Notes: generated by a model from the letters alone, not told the origin. Shown: positions 10,880 through 21,979, numbered from the whole stretch's first letter. The stretch: 61,023 bases of DNA, filler included, from Stramenopiles sp. TOSAG23-3 (GCA_900128585.1; 14 parts of 14 records of this genome joined end to end with filler, not necessarily neighbours in it); one strand, 5' to 3'. Translations and numbers: made by a program.

Positions 10880-12367
10880 ATGTTTCTGGCATTACCGAAG
10901 CGTGGCGTTGGCTACCTGTCCAAGTCCTTCGTCCGTTCCTTGCGGGGCTTTTCAAGTGCGTCGGGGCAAGATTGGGTTGCCACTTGGAAAAAAGAAGTCG
11001 ATAACATAAAGTACGATGAGCACTTTGAAGATTCTGCAGATCAGCTCCGTGGTATTGTGAAGCGTGCGCATTTGCGGTTTACGGACCTACGGGACAACCC
11101 AGAACGATTTTTTTCTGCCCATAGGTATCTCGCTGAGCGGTCTCCAGAGATTGGACCAGGCTTTTGGATCCGCTTTACCGTCCAATACAACCTCTTCGCA
11201 GGAACCATACTGGGGTGTGCCGGGGAGTCCCAGCTGAGCATCTTGGACGATATGCAAGAAAAGGGAGAGCTCGGTTGCTTTGCGCTCACGGAGAAATTCG
11301 CTGGGGTGAACTCTGGCCTGGTCGTGAACACTGAAATTGAGTGGGACCAGGACCGGCAAGTTTTCGTACTGAACACCCCAAACGACGGGGCGAAAAAGAA
11401 CTGGATAAGCCAAGGGTTTACGGCCGATAAAGCCGTCGTGATAGCAAATCTTAAAGTTGGCGGGGGCGTCGTTGGTCCCCATGCGTTTGTTATGGATTTC
11501 CGAAGAGACGGTAAGCTGGTGGACAACATAACCATCGACGATATGGGGACTAAAACCGTGGGGAATGACCTAGACAACGCATGGATCCACTTCGACCACG
11601 TGGAGCTGCCAAAGAGTGCCATGCTCAACCGTTTTGCGGACATCGACGATGATGGAAACTACGCTCTACAAGTCCCGGGGATCCGACCGTTTGACATGAT
11701 TGGTCAGCGTCTTTTCAGTGGACGCATTGCGGTGGCCCAAGCTGCGATGACTTTCCGCAAGAAACTGTACGAGAAGACGAAGGATTACACAGACGATAAA
11801 CTTTGCTGGGCGCCGAAGAAAGCCCAGAGCGACTTGCCAGTACTCAGCTCGATCCCACAGCTGACCGAACTCTTCAACGAAGAGCAGGAACGGTACGAGA
11901 AGATGGAGACCTTCATCGGCATCTGCGAAGACGAACTGAACGGGTGCCTGCGTGCCAACAAAATACCGACCATGGACTTGATGGAGGCTATCGCGGTCTC
12001 CAAAGTGAAGGCCGTCGAGGAGAGCATCGAAATGTCCTTTCGCTTGAAACAGGAGGTGGGCAGTTATGCCCTTATGGCTGGCAGTGGGTTTGAGCAAATG
12101 GATTTTCTGCAATGCTGCAAGTTTGCCGAGGGCGACTCGCGGATATTGATGTTAAAGATGGCAAGGGACAGGCTTGGAAAGTACCAGAAGAAGGGACCCG
12201 CTGACGGTGGCCCCACGGACGAAGACAAGCAATGCCAGCTCATTCTGGATTGCATGGTCGCTGCCAAGGATGGCAGCGCATCGGAAGAAGCAAAAGTATA
12301 CAACGAAATGAATTGCCTTGCTGAAATGACCATGGAGCGTATCTTGGATGCATACATGGGTAAGTAA
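10880..12367 (+). CDS. Acyl-CoA oxidase/dehydrogenase-family flavoprotein
   Basis: FTVQYNLFAGTI, GCFALTE, LNTPNDGAKKNWI, DMGTKTVGNDLDNAWIHF, FAEGDSRIL; Arg/Ser-rich presequence-like N-terminus. Confidence 0.85.
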   Translation: MFLALPKRGVGYLSKSFVRSLRGFSSASGQDWVATWKKEVDNIKYDEHFEDSADQLRGIVKRAHLRFTDLRDNPERFFSAHRYLAERSPEIGPGFWIRFTVQYNLFAGTILGCAGESQLSILDDMQEKGELGCFALTEKFAGVNSGLVVNTEIEWDQDRQVFVLNTPNDGAKKNWISQGFTADKAVVIANLKVGGGVVGPHAFVMDFRRDGKLVDNITIDDMGTKTVGNDLDNAWIHFDHVELPKSAMLNRFADIDDDGNYALQVPGIRPFDMIGQRLFSGRIAVAQAAMTFRKKLYEKTKDYTDDKLCWAPKKAQSDLPVLSSIPQLTELFNEEQERYEKMETFIGICEDELNGCLRANKIPTMDLMEAIAVSKVKAVEESIEMSFRLKQEVGSYALMAGSGFEQMDFLQCCKFAEGDSRILMLKMARDRLGKYQKKGPADGGPTDEDKQCQLILDCMVAAKDGSASEEAKVYNEMNCLAEMTMERILDAYMGK

Positions 12368-12507
12368 GTTAACAACCTGATGCTGTTCTTTTCGATTTAA
12401 TCCACTTAGTAAAATCATTTTTACGACACGACGTTTTAAGAGTTCTTTAATGCATTATTCAATCGCGTCTTTTAAGCATATCATACTACATAAATTTGTT
12501 TTTTTAT

Positions 12508-13061
12508 TCAATCGCGTGCTTTCTTCCCGCTGCTCCGGCGCTTCCTCCAGTTTGTCCGAATTCGCGACTCGTTGATGACAGCGTTCAAAGCATCCAGCCA
12601 ACCACTCTGGTCGGCCTGATTTCGTGCGATAAGTATCATTGGCATCAGGCCAATGTTCGAGTTGTAACCACGGACTTCAATGTCGAACTGTCGACCTTTA
12701 TCGTTGATCACGGGGGCAACGATTGCGTTCGCAGGCAGGAAGAGTTCCCCGCGAGGGGGCACACCATTGTGGGCCTGGTGTTTCGTCAGCCACCACTGCA
12801 GGGACCCGGTGTCTTCCCGCAGTACAAAGTACCGTAAATTGATCTTAGAAATGGATCTCCCGAAAGTACTTCGCCCGGGGGTTTTCAGAAACCCTTCTCG
12901 CTTGGCAAACATTGCCATTTTCCCTTCCTCGCCATATTTCCGCTCTTGCCTCCCCGACTGCCCAGGTGTGGTGCCGTTCTTGTAAAAACTATGAAGTTCC
13001 GCGTCGGTTGGGATTGTGCTCAGCATATGCCACATTCGCTTCACCATGGAGCCCTCCTTCC
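12508..13061 (-). CDS. C-terminal fragment of a PH-domain protein
   Basis: KREGFLKTPG..LRYFVL..LQWW..PRGEL..LIARNQADQSGWLDALNAVI; frame open to contig end. Confidence 0.75.
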
Positions 13062-13161
13062 NNNNNNNNNNNNNNNNNNNNNNNNNNNNNNNNNNNNNNN
13101 NNNNNTTAATTAATTAANNNNNNNNNNNNNNNNNNNNNNNNNNNNNNNNNNNNNNNNNNNN
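13062..13161. other. Artificial contig spacer
   Basis: 44N-TTAATTAATTAA-44N. Confidence 0.99.
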
Positions 13162-13227
13162 TTATTCTGGAACAAGGAGGAGTTTGGGTTCTTGAACGGT
13201 TTTACCTTCTTTTTTCTTTTCTTTTTT

Positions 13228-13416
13228 GAGAGTCTTAAAAACAAGAAAATTGGCTGTAAGAGTCTTAAAACATACTATATCATTAGTTTTTCAGTATCAT
13301 ACTATATATAATTTGTTAAAACATACTATATAATTTGTTTTTATATAATTTGTCTATATATAAAATGAGAGTCTTAAAACATACTATATAATTTGTTTTT
13401 TTATATAATTTGTTTT
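13228..13416. repeat. Locally reiterated GAGTCTTAAAACATACTATATAATTTGTTTT element
   Basis: Several partial copies; 13361-13400 is identical over 40 bp to 32738-32777. Confidence 0.85.
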
Positions 13417-13489
13417 TTTCAGTATTTTTATGTACACACGCGCACACTCGCCGTATAAATTTCACGCCGCCGAGGCAATGTTGCGCGCA

Positions 13490-16400
13490 TCAGCGATCCT
13501 TGAAGAAAATTCTCGCTCCGCTCAACGTCCACTTCAACAGCTCAAAGTCTTGCGACGACCGGGCAATGCGGGAACTCTTCAGGGCTAACTCTCCCTCGTC
13601 CTCCTTGTCTTTGCGCCGGGAAGATTTTCTTTTTTGGCCTCGTTGTGACTCGATCGACGCGCTATCCTTACGAAACTTTTCCTGCACGGTATCAAACCAA
13701 TGAAGGCCATCGATCTGTCTGTCCTGCTTCAGGACGGACAAAATGTATGCCAACCCAACCATGAAGCCGTCGTCGCAAAAATAGGCCACTTGGCGGGCCC
13801 CCTCCCGCAAGGTTTTGTCCATTTTGTCCCTTGATATTCGCAACGTTTCGATAAAGTTTATCGTCAACGAGGGGACTATCATGTAAAAATTCTTCAAGTA
13901 AGCGTGCTCCGACTTCAGCAGCACGTCTTGGAACACGCGCACGAGCATCTGGGAGTAATTGGTCCCTTCGGTGAAGTTCTTCAGCAACTCCGAGAGCACG
14001 CTGTCGAGGTTCTTTGCCGCGTCTACGGTGCCTTCGGACAAGTTCGCCCCTTCCACCTTTTCTGGCTGAGCTTCGTCGTCTTTCTGCTCCTCCCCGTCCT
14101 CCGCTTTCTTTTCAGGGGGCTCTCCGTTGCCGGCGTGCTGGCCGAAGCAAACGACGTTGTCCACATCCGGCACAAACGTAATGGCATCCGAGCAGAACTG
14201 CATGCCCGCAGAACGGACCATTCTCACGTAGCCCAGAGCGTTTCCAATTTCTGTAATCAACTTTCGAAACTGGTCCAAAAAGCTCAACCCGTCGTCGGTG
14301 ACACCCAACTCCCGTATCTCCTTCGTGAATGCCATCGCACGGTCGTACGGGTAGCGATAGTTGTTGTCCGCCTTGTTCTTCCGGTACCACCGGCGTTCCC
14401 GCGCCAAGTACCCTTTGATGTACTCGTCGAACAGAAACTGGGTAAAAATTTGAAACTTGTTTTGCAAAAATTGGTAACTGAAGTTGACCGTCGTGTTCAT
14501 CATTCCCAGGCCGTGCGTCCGGATGGAGTTGGAAATGCTTTGCGTATTGATAGTGTTCAGGTGCTTCGCGCCCCGCGTCGGCTTGCGTTCAAGGAAAAAC
14601 TGCCCGTTCATGTTGTAATTGTAGCGCGTAACGAATATGTGAATGTTCCGCATGATTTGCAAGACGTCCAAGCCCTGGTCCAGCGTTCCCATGGGAAGGA
14701 AGCTGTCGCCTATGTCTAGATTGAAGTTCGACTTTGCTAAATTCCTCATCTCCGAGTACGTCTTGTAGTCATGGAGCGCGATGACGGTCAACTCATAAAA
14801 CTCTTTTTCCAAGTACGCGCAGACCTCCTCCTTTATGTTGATGGACTTTGAAAACAGGCGAATGGGCTTCGACTGGAGGTACTTGCACATTGCCCTCAGG
14901 TTCTCGTCGATAGGGTTCGGGGCCTCCATGTGGTCCCAGTTCGCGGCGTGCACGTGCAGGCGCAGGCTCTTTTCCAACGCCCGGCAGAGGGGCAACACGA
15001 CGTTGTCTCTAAATACAGCCGCAACAAAGGTCTCGTACGCCACCAAATGCTGCGTCTCTTCCCCGGGCGGAGGCGGATCTTCGTGAAGCAAAATTCTCAG
15101 CAGCGGCACGGGGTCGCTGAAGGCGGCAATAGCATATTGCAGACGGCCCGATTGCTCGCCACCGTTGGCCATTATCTTTTTCAAAAATGGCCCGAGCAGT
15201 TCCCGGTTCCAGTAGAGCGTTTGGGTGTTACAAACTTTCTTTACCTGGCTCTGAAAATCAGAGAGCAGCTCGATCTGACGGACCAAGTTGTCGATGTTCT
15301 GGCTCATCTTGGCTGGGATGCCGGCGTTGTTGATCAGGACGACCCTCATTGCGTTGGCAACGACCGTGAACCGCGTGTACGACAATGATTCCGATCCTTT
15401 GAAAACGTCCTCGATGACCGTGATGGCAGCAAGTATGTCTAAAATGGTAGCATCCATCTGCCTCTTCACGGCCAGGCGCTGCTTGATCGGGTACAAAATT
15501 TTCATCAGCGCCCCAGCGAGCTGCCTCAGCATGTGCGCCTTCGTCTGCGCGAAAACGACCACGTGGGCCTCGAAGGTCTGCTCGATTGCCTTCAGCATTT
15601 CAACGCAGCGGGACAACGAGTCTAAGTACGCACGGTCCAGGGGTAGGTCAAGCGCCAAGTGAAGCGTCAAGAACTCTTCGTAATGGTTCTTAATCCGGTG
15701 CGCAAGGAGCAGGCCCTCCACAATCACCCACGCCTGCTTGCTCAGGGCTTGGGGGAGTGGGACTCCGTCAGCAAGTTGCCCGACCGGGCGAGAGACGTTA
15801 TCCATGTTGATGGCCCAGACCGAAAACTCTGAATGCAAGAGCTCCGTCGTCGAATTAAACCTCGGGTTCTTCTTCCGGTCCACGTTCTTAAGGTGGGTCA
15901 GAAAATCCCTGCGGTACTTTCCCGCGTCGGGGGGGTTCAGCTTCTCGATGTTTGAGGGCGCGTGCTCCCGCAAAAAGTCGGCCGGGAACCAGGCGACCTT
16001 TCCCGCCAAGGTAACGACCGGCATCTTCAGCTGGACTTTCCAGAGCTGATGGTAGAAGTTCTTGTCCGGCTGAATGTTCTGAGGGACTAGCTGCCGGTAC
16101 AAAACGTACATCCCAAACACGCCCACAAGGGCTTGCCGGTTGTCGGTCTCGTACTTGTGGCCGACGGACACGCTGTGGTGCTGCAAGCGCTGGGCTATCC
16201 CTTTGTTGAAGTGGGACAGGAATATCTTGTTGTCCGAGACGTTCACGCGCACGGAAGCTTCCCCCTCCAACGGTGGCTGCTCGAAATCTTGCTCGATGCA
16301 GCACTGAAACATGGCCCCGGCAAGGACAGTCTGGTCCAACGCGACGAGCAGCCTTTCGAACTGCTTCACGCGGGATTCGTCCAAGTCATACCGGGTCGGG

Positions 16401-17083
16401 TCTGCCCGGACGTACTGCATCATTCTCTTGTACGCCATCCACGAATTCATAATGCACTCGTTGTCCATGACCAGCGCGTCCAAGGTGATCAAAATACCAA
16501 GGACGCACCCGAGGCTCTCGTACACTGGCAGCAGTTCCACGTTGCGGTAGGTCGATATGTAGACGGTGCGCCCTGACTGCTGCAATGACGCAAGCTGGTG
16601 TATTATGTTCACCGTGACGCTGTTCAAGCGGTCGACAAAATTCCCCAAGTCTTGAAAGAAGTGGAGGGTCCGCCCCATTTGAAGCTCTTCCTCGCCGCCG
16701 AGGAAGTCTCTGTCGTCGTCGTGAGCTGGCTCGCCGAACATTAGAAGGGGGCCGTAAAATGAATCTTCTGCCGTCTGCTTCAGCTCCGCAACTTCGTCGC
16801 AAAGAAACGCAAACACGGTAATGATCTTATTGAAAATATCATTGTCCGTCTGCACCAAGTCTGGGACGTCCACCCGCTCCAGTGGCTCCAACTGCAAGTG
16901 CGTCACGGTGTTGTCCTTCTCCCAAGGGACCGCCCCAATGTCCAACCTGATTGCTTCTTCAATCTCTTCAAGCCGCTGCCCATGCTTGTGAATAAAATCC
17001 AACGTTTTAGCAATTTGCATTTCCACAGGAACGGTGTTTATCGTCGCGTCCTGCGAAGAGTAAGCCCCCAACGTATCCTCCAT
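13490..17083 (-). CDS. WASHC4: WASH complex subunit 4 (SWIP/KIAA1033)
   Basis: TLDQGLDVLQIMRNIHIFV..YNYNMN, KHLNTINTQSISNSIRTHGLGMMNTTVNF, LDQFRKLITEIGNALGYVRMVRS, NFYMIVPSLTINF, DDGFMVGLAYIL; about 1200 aa; ATG at 17083. Confidence 0.95.
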   Translation of the reverse strand: MEDTLGAYSSQDATINTVPVEMQIAKTLDFIHKHGQRLEEIEEAIRLDIGAVPWEKDNTVTHLQLEPLERVDVPDLVQTDNDIFNKIITVFAFLCDEVAELKQTAEDSFYGPLLMFGEPAHDDDRDFLGGEEELQMGRTLHFFQDLGNFVDRLNSVTVNIIHQLASLQQSGRTVYISTYRNVELLPVYESLGCVLGILITLDALVMDNECIMNSWMAYKRMMQYVRADPTRYDLDESRVKQFERLLVALDQTVLAGAMFQCCIEQDFEQPPLEGEASVRVNVSDNKIFLSHFNKGIAQRLQHHSVSVGHKYETDNRQALVGVFGMYVLYRQLVPQNIQPDKNFYHQLWKVQLKMPVVTLAGKVAWFPADFLREHAPSNIEKLNPPDAGKYRRDFLTHLKNVDRKKNPRFNSTTELLHSEFSVWAINMDNVSRPVGQLADGVPLPQALSKQAWVIVEGLLLAHRIKNHYEEFLTLHLALDLPLDRAYLDSLSRCVEMLKAIEQTFEAHVVVFAQTKAHMLRQLAGALMKILYPIKQRLAVKRQMDATILDILAAITVIEDVFKGSESLSYTRFTVVANAMRVVLINNAGIPAKMSQNIDNLVRQIELLSDFQSQVKKVCNTQTLYWNRELLGPFLKKIMANGGEQSGRLQYAIAAFSDPVPLLRILLHEDPPPPGEETQHLVAYETFVAAVFRDNVVLPLCRALEKSLRLHVHAANWDHMEAPNPIDENLRAMCKYLQSKPIRLFSKSINIKEEVCAYLEKEFYELTVIALHDYKTYSEMRNLAKSNFNLDIGDSFLPMGTLDQGLDVLQIMRNIHIFVTRYNYNMNGQFFLERKPTRGAKHLNTINTQSISNSIRTHGLGMMNTTVNFSYQFLQNKFQIFTQFLFDEYIKGYLARERRWYRKNKADNNYRYPYDRAMAFTKEIRELGVTDDGLSFLDQFRKLITEIGNALGYVRMVRSAGMQFCSDAITFVPDVDNVVCFGQHAGNGEPPEKKAEDGEEQKDDEAQPEKVEGANLSEGTVDAAKNLDSVLSELLKNFTEGTNYSQMLVRVFQDVLLKSEHAYLKNFYMIVPSLTINFIETLRISRDKMDKTLREGARQVAYFCDDGFMVGLAYILSVLKQDRQIDGLHWFDTVQEKFRKDSASIESQRGQKRKSSRRKDKEDEGELALKSSRIARSSQDFELLKWTLSGARIFFKDR

Positions 17084-17432
17084 TTTTTCTTGAGCAAGGC
17101 TTCCTTCGTCTTGTTGTCTGTGTACTTTTCCCAAACGAACGTGTGCGTTTGAAAGAAAACCAAAAGAGTCGAATCCTAACGTGACCGGTACGAAACAATA
17201 TACATAAACTTACAATTCATTCTATATTGCTCAAACGCTATGGCATACCACAAAGTTTAACATTCTGTTAGAATGGATGGCAAATAGAAGATCTAAATAC
17301 ACGAGTAACTAATTAATTTAATAATAATAATAGACCGACTAATAATAATAAAAATAATAATAAAAAAAAATGCAAAGAAGAAGAAGAAGAAAAAGAAAAA
17401 GAAAAAGAAGAAGAAGAAGAAGAAGAAGAAGA

Positions 17433-17532
17433 NNNNNNNNNNNNNNNNNNNNNNNNNNNNNNNNNNNNNNNNNNNNTTAATTAATTAANNNNNNNNNNNN
17501 NNNNNNNNNNNNNNNNNNNNNNNNNNNNNNNN
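17433..17532. other. Artificial contig spacer (preceded by a GAA repeat)
   Basis: 44N-TTAATTAATTAA-44N. Confidence 0.99.
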
Positions 17533-17966
17533 TGAGGCCGTTAACGGACAAATGGAATCAAATTGTTCATTGGAAATTATATCATCCCCTCGGTGATTGA
17601 CAACCAACAACACGAAACAAAATTACAGAATCAATTTAGGATTTTAGGGTATGATATGAGGAAGCTAAATTTAATTACTTAAATAACAGCCAATTTTCTT
17701 GTTTTTATTTTCTTTTTTCGTTTGTCGAGTGTTCGAATGAACTTTTACCAAAGTGATAAAATGTTTTTGTTGTTGTTATAGAGGTGATCTGTATTCAACA
17801 AATCGATTCTTCTCCCAGTCAAAGTCCCTGAAAGTTTCATCCTTCTTTGGAGACTGCGAGTAGATCATTTCAAAACTAATACACTGTACGATATACGTAA
17901 TGTTCTTGAACTGACACCTTCTTTTTTCTTTTTATTAAAAACAAGAAAGTGGTGCAGGTTTCGATT

Positions 17967-19754
17967 TTACGATACAAGCTCTGATAGAATGTCCGGTGTT
18001 TGGTCGACCTTCACGAGTTCTTCCAGCACTTCTTGTGCGGAGGGGCGCTTTGCGGGACTGGACCACATATGCTGTAAGGTTTGATACAGACGAGCCGGAA
18101 ATTTGTCCGGTATTGTCGGCCTGAGCCCTTTTGTGATCTCCGTGGCGAGTTCGTCGTTTGTCAAGTAGACGTAATCGTGGAACGGGACCTTGCCAGTGAA
18201 CACTTCGTACAGCACGATTCCTAAAGCGTAGACATCCGTGGCAACGCTGACTGGGCCCTTTTCAAACACCTCAGGGGCACTCCAAATAACTGTAAAGCCA
18301 GACATCGATCCCGCGCCATCGGTATAGACACCGTTCGGAACACGTCTGCTACACCCTAAATCGCTAATTTTTACCTTCAACAAGTCGATTTTGTCCTCGT
18401 CGTGCTCGTCAAAACTCACGAGGAAGTTCATGGATTTCACATCTCCATGAAGCACTGGCGGCTCGCACATGTGCAAAAACGTGATGGCTTGGGCGCAACC
18501 GATGGCAACTCTAATCCTATGTCGCCACTCCAGCTTTTTCGACATTTCTCTGCTGTGCAAAAAGTCATAAAGGCTGCAATTCATGCACTCCATAACAAGG
18601 CATATGGCAGGTGGCACGATGCAAACGCCTTTCAATTTCACGACGCTTGAGTGTCTCAGTTCGGCGTGAATTTGAATTTCCCTGAAAAAGCGGCGAATGA
18701 CGTTCCTGGTCAAATCTATACAAAAAAGGACTTTAACCGCCACCTCTTGCCCCATGTAAGTCCCTTTATATACTCTAGAAGACCCTCCAGACCCCAACAT
18801 TCGGCCCTCGGGCACGTTTAAAAATGCAAAATTGAGTGTTTTGGCTTCCGGCGCCTCCAAGACATCAAGGCCCACCGCAACCTCCGCCGCAGAATCTCGT
18901 CTCAAAGACGTTCCTAGCAACGGTCGGCTCAGGCTTGTCTTCACGCTCGACTTTAGCGTGCCTTGCCAGTACTCCGAGTCTCGCCGCAGCGTGCGATAAA
19001 ACAAGGCTGGGATCAAAACCGTAAACAGTATGTCCGCCCCAAACAGATTCAAACACATCCCAATATCGAGACCAAACAAATTATACAATACCTCGCTTAC
19101 TACAACGACCAGGCTCGCGACAGACCAGAACATTGAATACTCAATTAGCGCCGGCCGGCGGGAGATGCACGTGTACGGAGCCAGCCAGCAGAACAAGTAA
19201 AACACGAGGACTGTGGAGTAAAAAACCAAGTGCAATATGGAGGTGATCTGACTGTTTGGAAACATTGTCCAGCAATATGCCAGCCCAGCGACCACGCAGC
19301 CCCACGCGGTGGACAAGGTAACCGTTCGCTGCAAAGACTTTGTGCCCATAGAAGACTGGAGCAACATGAACGCCACCCCTTCCACTACGGCGTGCTCCAT
19401 ACCGTACATCGCGGCAATGCAAATATTTTCCCCGACCGAACCCGACTGAAACCATACGATCGACGGATTTTTTTCTAGGACATACTGTACGGTCGGCAAA
19501 AAGACGTTTAGTCCTACTTCAATAGACCCGAGGGTGTAAAACGTGTACAAGTGGACTGGCAACAGGAAAGAAGCAAACGTAAAGCGCCGACCAAGCTCGG
19601 CTCTGGGAAGCCCCACCCTCGACCAACATGTGAACGCAATCACTACAAGTGTCTGAACAATACCAGCGGTAAATTTCAACGAAAGAAAGTCCACTTCAAA
19701 TAATTTGTATTTCTCTACTTTTTCACACAATTGCTCCGACGCTGTGTACCCCAT
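17967..19754 (-). CDS. Seven-transmembrane domain fused to a tyrosine-kinase-like (TKL) kinase
   Basis: About 7 hydrophobic segments in the first ~255 aa ending LFYRTLRRDSEYWQG; kinase motifs LGSGGSSRV, VAVK, LHGDVKSMN, DLG, WSAPE, DVYALG. Confidence 0.85.
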   Translation of the reverse strand: MGYTASEQLCEKVEKYKLFEVDFLSLKFTAGIVQTLVVIAFTCWSRVGLPRAELGRRFTFASFLLPVHLYTFYTLGSIEVGLNVFLPTVQYVLEKNPSIVWFQSGSVGENICIAAMYGMEHAVVEGVAFMLLQSSMGTKSLQRTVTLSTAWGCVVAGLAYCWTMFPNSQITSILHLVFYSTVLVFYLFCWLAPYTCISRRPALIEYSMFWSVASLVVVVSEVLYNLFGLDIGMCLNLFGADILFTVLIPALFYRTLRRDSEYWQGTLKSSVKTSLSRPLLGTSLRRDSAAEVAVGLDVLEAPEAKTLNFAFLNVPEGRMLGSGGSSRVYKGTYMGQEVAVKVLFCIDLTRNVIRRFFREIQIHAELRHSSVVKLKGVCIVPPAICLVMECMNCSLYDFLHSREMSKKLEWRHRIRVAIGCAQAITFLHMCEPPVLHGDVKSMNFLVSFDEHDEDKIDLLKVKISDLGCSRRVPNGVYTDGAGSMSGFTVIWSAPEVFEKGPVSVATDVYALGIVLYEVFTGKVPFHDYVYLTNDELATEITKGLRPTIPDKFPARLYQTLQHMWSSPAKRPSAQEVLEELVKVDQTPDILSELVS

Positions 19755-21140
19755 GGTCGAATCTTGCTTGAAAGCGTGTATCCCAAGAATTTGAGTTCAA
19801 AATTCTACACACTATACGCCCATTTATATTTCTATGTTTGCGCAATGCCACTGACCCAATAATTGTTTTGAAACGTCGGCTAATTTCATTCAAACGTTTG
19901 TAGTCGATAATTATTTTATCCACATAATCATAAAAAAAACAAACAAAAAAGCAAAAAAGGAAGAAATAATAATTTGTTCTCAACAACAACAAATAAAAAA
20001 GAAGAAGAAAACAGAAAACAAATAATTCTGACGAAAAAAATAAACTCTGCTGTGTGTATGTACAAAAAGGCTGTTTTCAAAAAACGTTCGTTGTCAGCTC
20101 TCTCTAATAAAGTATTACTCTCTCTGCTTTTTTTCACAATTTATTTAAAATATTTTTATTATAGACAGACTATTCCTTTTTTATAAATAAAATAATGTAT
20201 AAAATAGACTATAATAACTAAATTATATAGTAGGACTATTATTAATAGCTCCTCGTATTACAATGCACACTCTCACCTGCATTTTATTTATATTATTACT
20301 AATACCTCGTACTCCTCGTATTTATTAGACGACTATTACGAGGACTCCTCTTATTAGAACGACTACTACGAGTATTAATTATTTTACGTAGTTCTTGCTT
20401 GTCCATGGCCATGGCCATGGCCCATGGCATGGCTTCTTCCTCCTCTTCTTCTTCTCTAGATTCTTTATTAGTCCTAATTCTTCCTTCCTTCCTCCTCCTC
20501 ATAATAATAAAGTCCACCATAGACCATAGAGTTGTAATACCGTACCTGGTATTACGGGTACCTGTACCAACCTCTTTTTCATTTCCTCATTTATTCCGGG
20601 GGGTACCTACGGTACTTCTGCTATGCTGCTCCTTCTTTCTTCTTTTTTTTATTTATTATTATTATTTCTATCATAGGTATATTTTATTTATTTTTACTCT
20701 TTTATTGAGAAAGCTTATATAGTTTAACTTACGAGTACGAAAGTTATAGATAGTGTGCAAAAAAGAAAAATGCATGGTACCAAAATTTACTGTCTGTCCA
20801 AAAAAATAAACCATGCCGAATAATTATTTTCTACGCATCAGTTATTACCTCCATTTGCCAAGCAGATTCTTCCACCATGACTCAACGCCAATTGATTGGT
20901 CTCCTCTGGATTCGAGAAAAAAATCTCCGTGCACAGAAACCCTGTGCTCACAGTACCCATCGAAAAAAACCTTTAGGAAAATGATGTTTCTAGCCACTCC
21001 AACGTCTAATGGGTCAAGGTAACTCAGCGCCAAAAACTCAATACACTGTTATAATTTCTACATAGCGTACTAAAACTTGCTGATAACTTTTTTGCCCGTA
21101 AAGTATTCCGTCCTACCTACCTCCTGCAGACAGTCTTTTT

Positions 21141-21401
21141 TCAAGTCGACAAATCGAACTCGTCCATAGTCTGCAACACCACGGACATCATATCATACAG
21201 CGATGACGCAACTACTCTCAAAATTTTAAGTTCAGAGGAACGAATGTCAATTTTCAAAACATTGGATGTAACTTCAAACGATTTAGACACTTTAGTCTCC
21301 TGTATTTCTCTATCCACTTGCAACACACGGGCTACATTTGCGGCAACCTGCCCAGACCGAAAAGTAAAAGAAAGCGTGCACGTGTGATTCAAACAAGCCA
21401 T
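21141..21401 (-). CDS. PCC1: KEOPS/EKC complex subunit Pcc1/LAGE3
   Basis: 86-aa ORF: TLSFTF..AANVARVLQVDRE..VSKSFEVTSNVL..ELKILRVVASSLYDMMSVVLQTMDEF; ATG at 21401. Confidence 0.85.
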   Translation of the reverse strand: MACLNHTCTLSFTFRSGQVAANVARVLQVDREIQETKVSKSFEVTSNVLKIDIRSSELKILRVVASSLYDMMSVVLQTMDEFDLST

Positions 21402-21722
21402 GAAAAATATGTACACCAGTGAGTATTCGGGTTTGTTAGTGCATTTCATCAAAACTTTAATGTTGTCCTGCTTGTGTATAATTATTATCCAATATATAGA
21501 TCATTCAAAATATGAAGAAGATAGAAGATATGTGGGACGACGGAGGAGAAGATGATAAAATAGAAGACACGAAGAAGAAGAATAAAATAAGAAGAGCAGC
21601 AGCTATTCCAAAAGTAGAAGAATATTACCTCGTAACTCCTCGTAATTTATACATTTTGATGAGATATGATGATGAGAGACTAATAAAAAAAATGATGAAA
21701 GAAAGAAACTAATACTAAAATA

Positions 21723-21723
21723 A

Positions 21724-21799
<76 letters not shown>

Positions 21800-21800
21800 A
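21723..21800. repeat. (AAAG)n microsatellite at contig end
   Basis: Direct reading. Confidence 0.95.
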
Positions 21801-21900
21801 NNNNNNNNNNNNNNNNNNNNNNNNNNNNNNNNNNNNNNNNNNNNTTAATTAATTAANNNNNNNNNNNNNNNNNNNNNNNNNNNNNNNNNNNNNNNNNNNN
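21801..21900. other. Artificial contig spacer
   Basis: 44N-TTAATTAATTAA-44N. Confidence 0.99.
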
Positions 21901-21979
21901 CATATCTATCGAGATGATCTATTTTTTATTATTATTATTTCATCACATTTCTTTTTTTTTTCTGATTATTATACTACCG
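21901..21979 (+). repeat. Left arm of 79-bp perfect terminal inverted repeat of contig 6
   Basis: Exact reverse complement of 26088-26166. Confidence 0.95.

Noticed and set aside
20813..21033. Small ORFs or ncRNA downstream of PCC1, with hairpin GCACAG-AAACC-CTGTGC
   Set aside because: No recognisable protein, snRNA or SECIS pattern; a single short hairpin is insufficient
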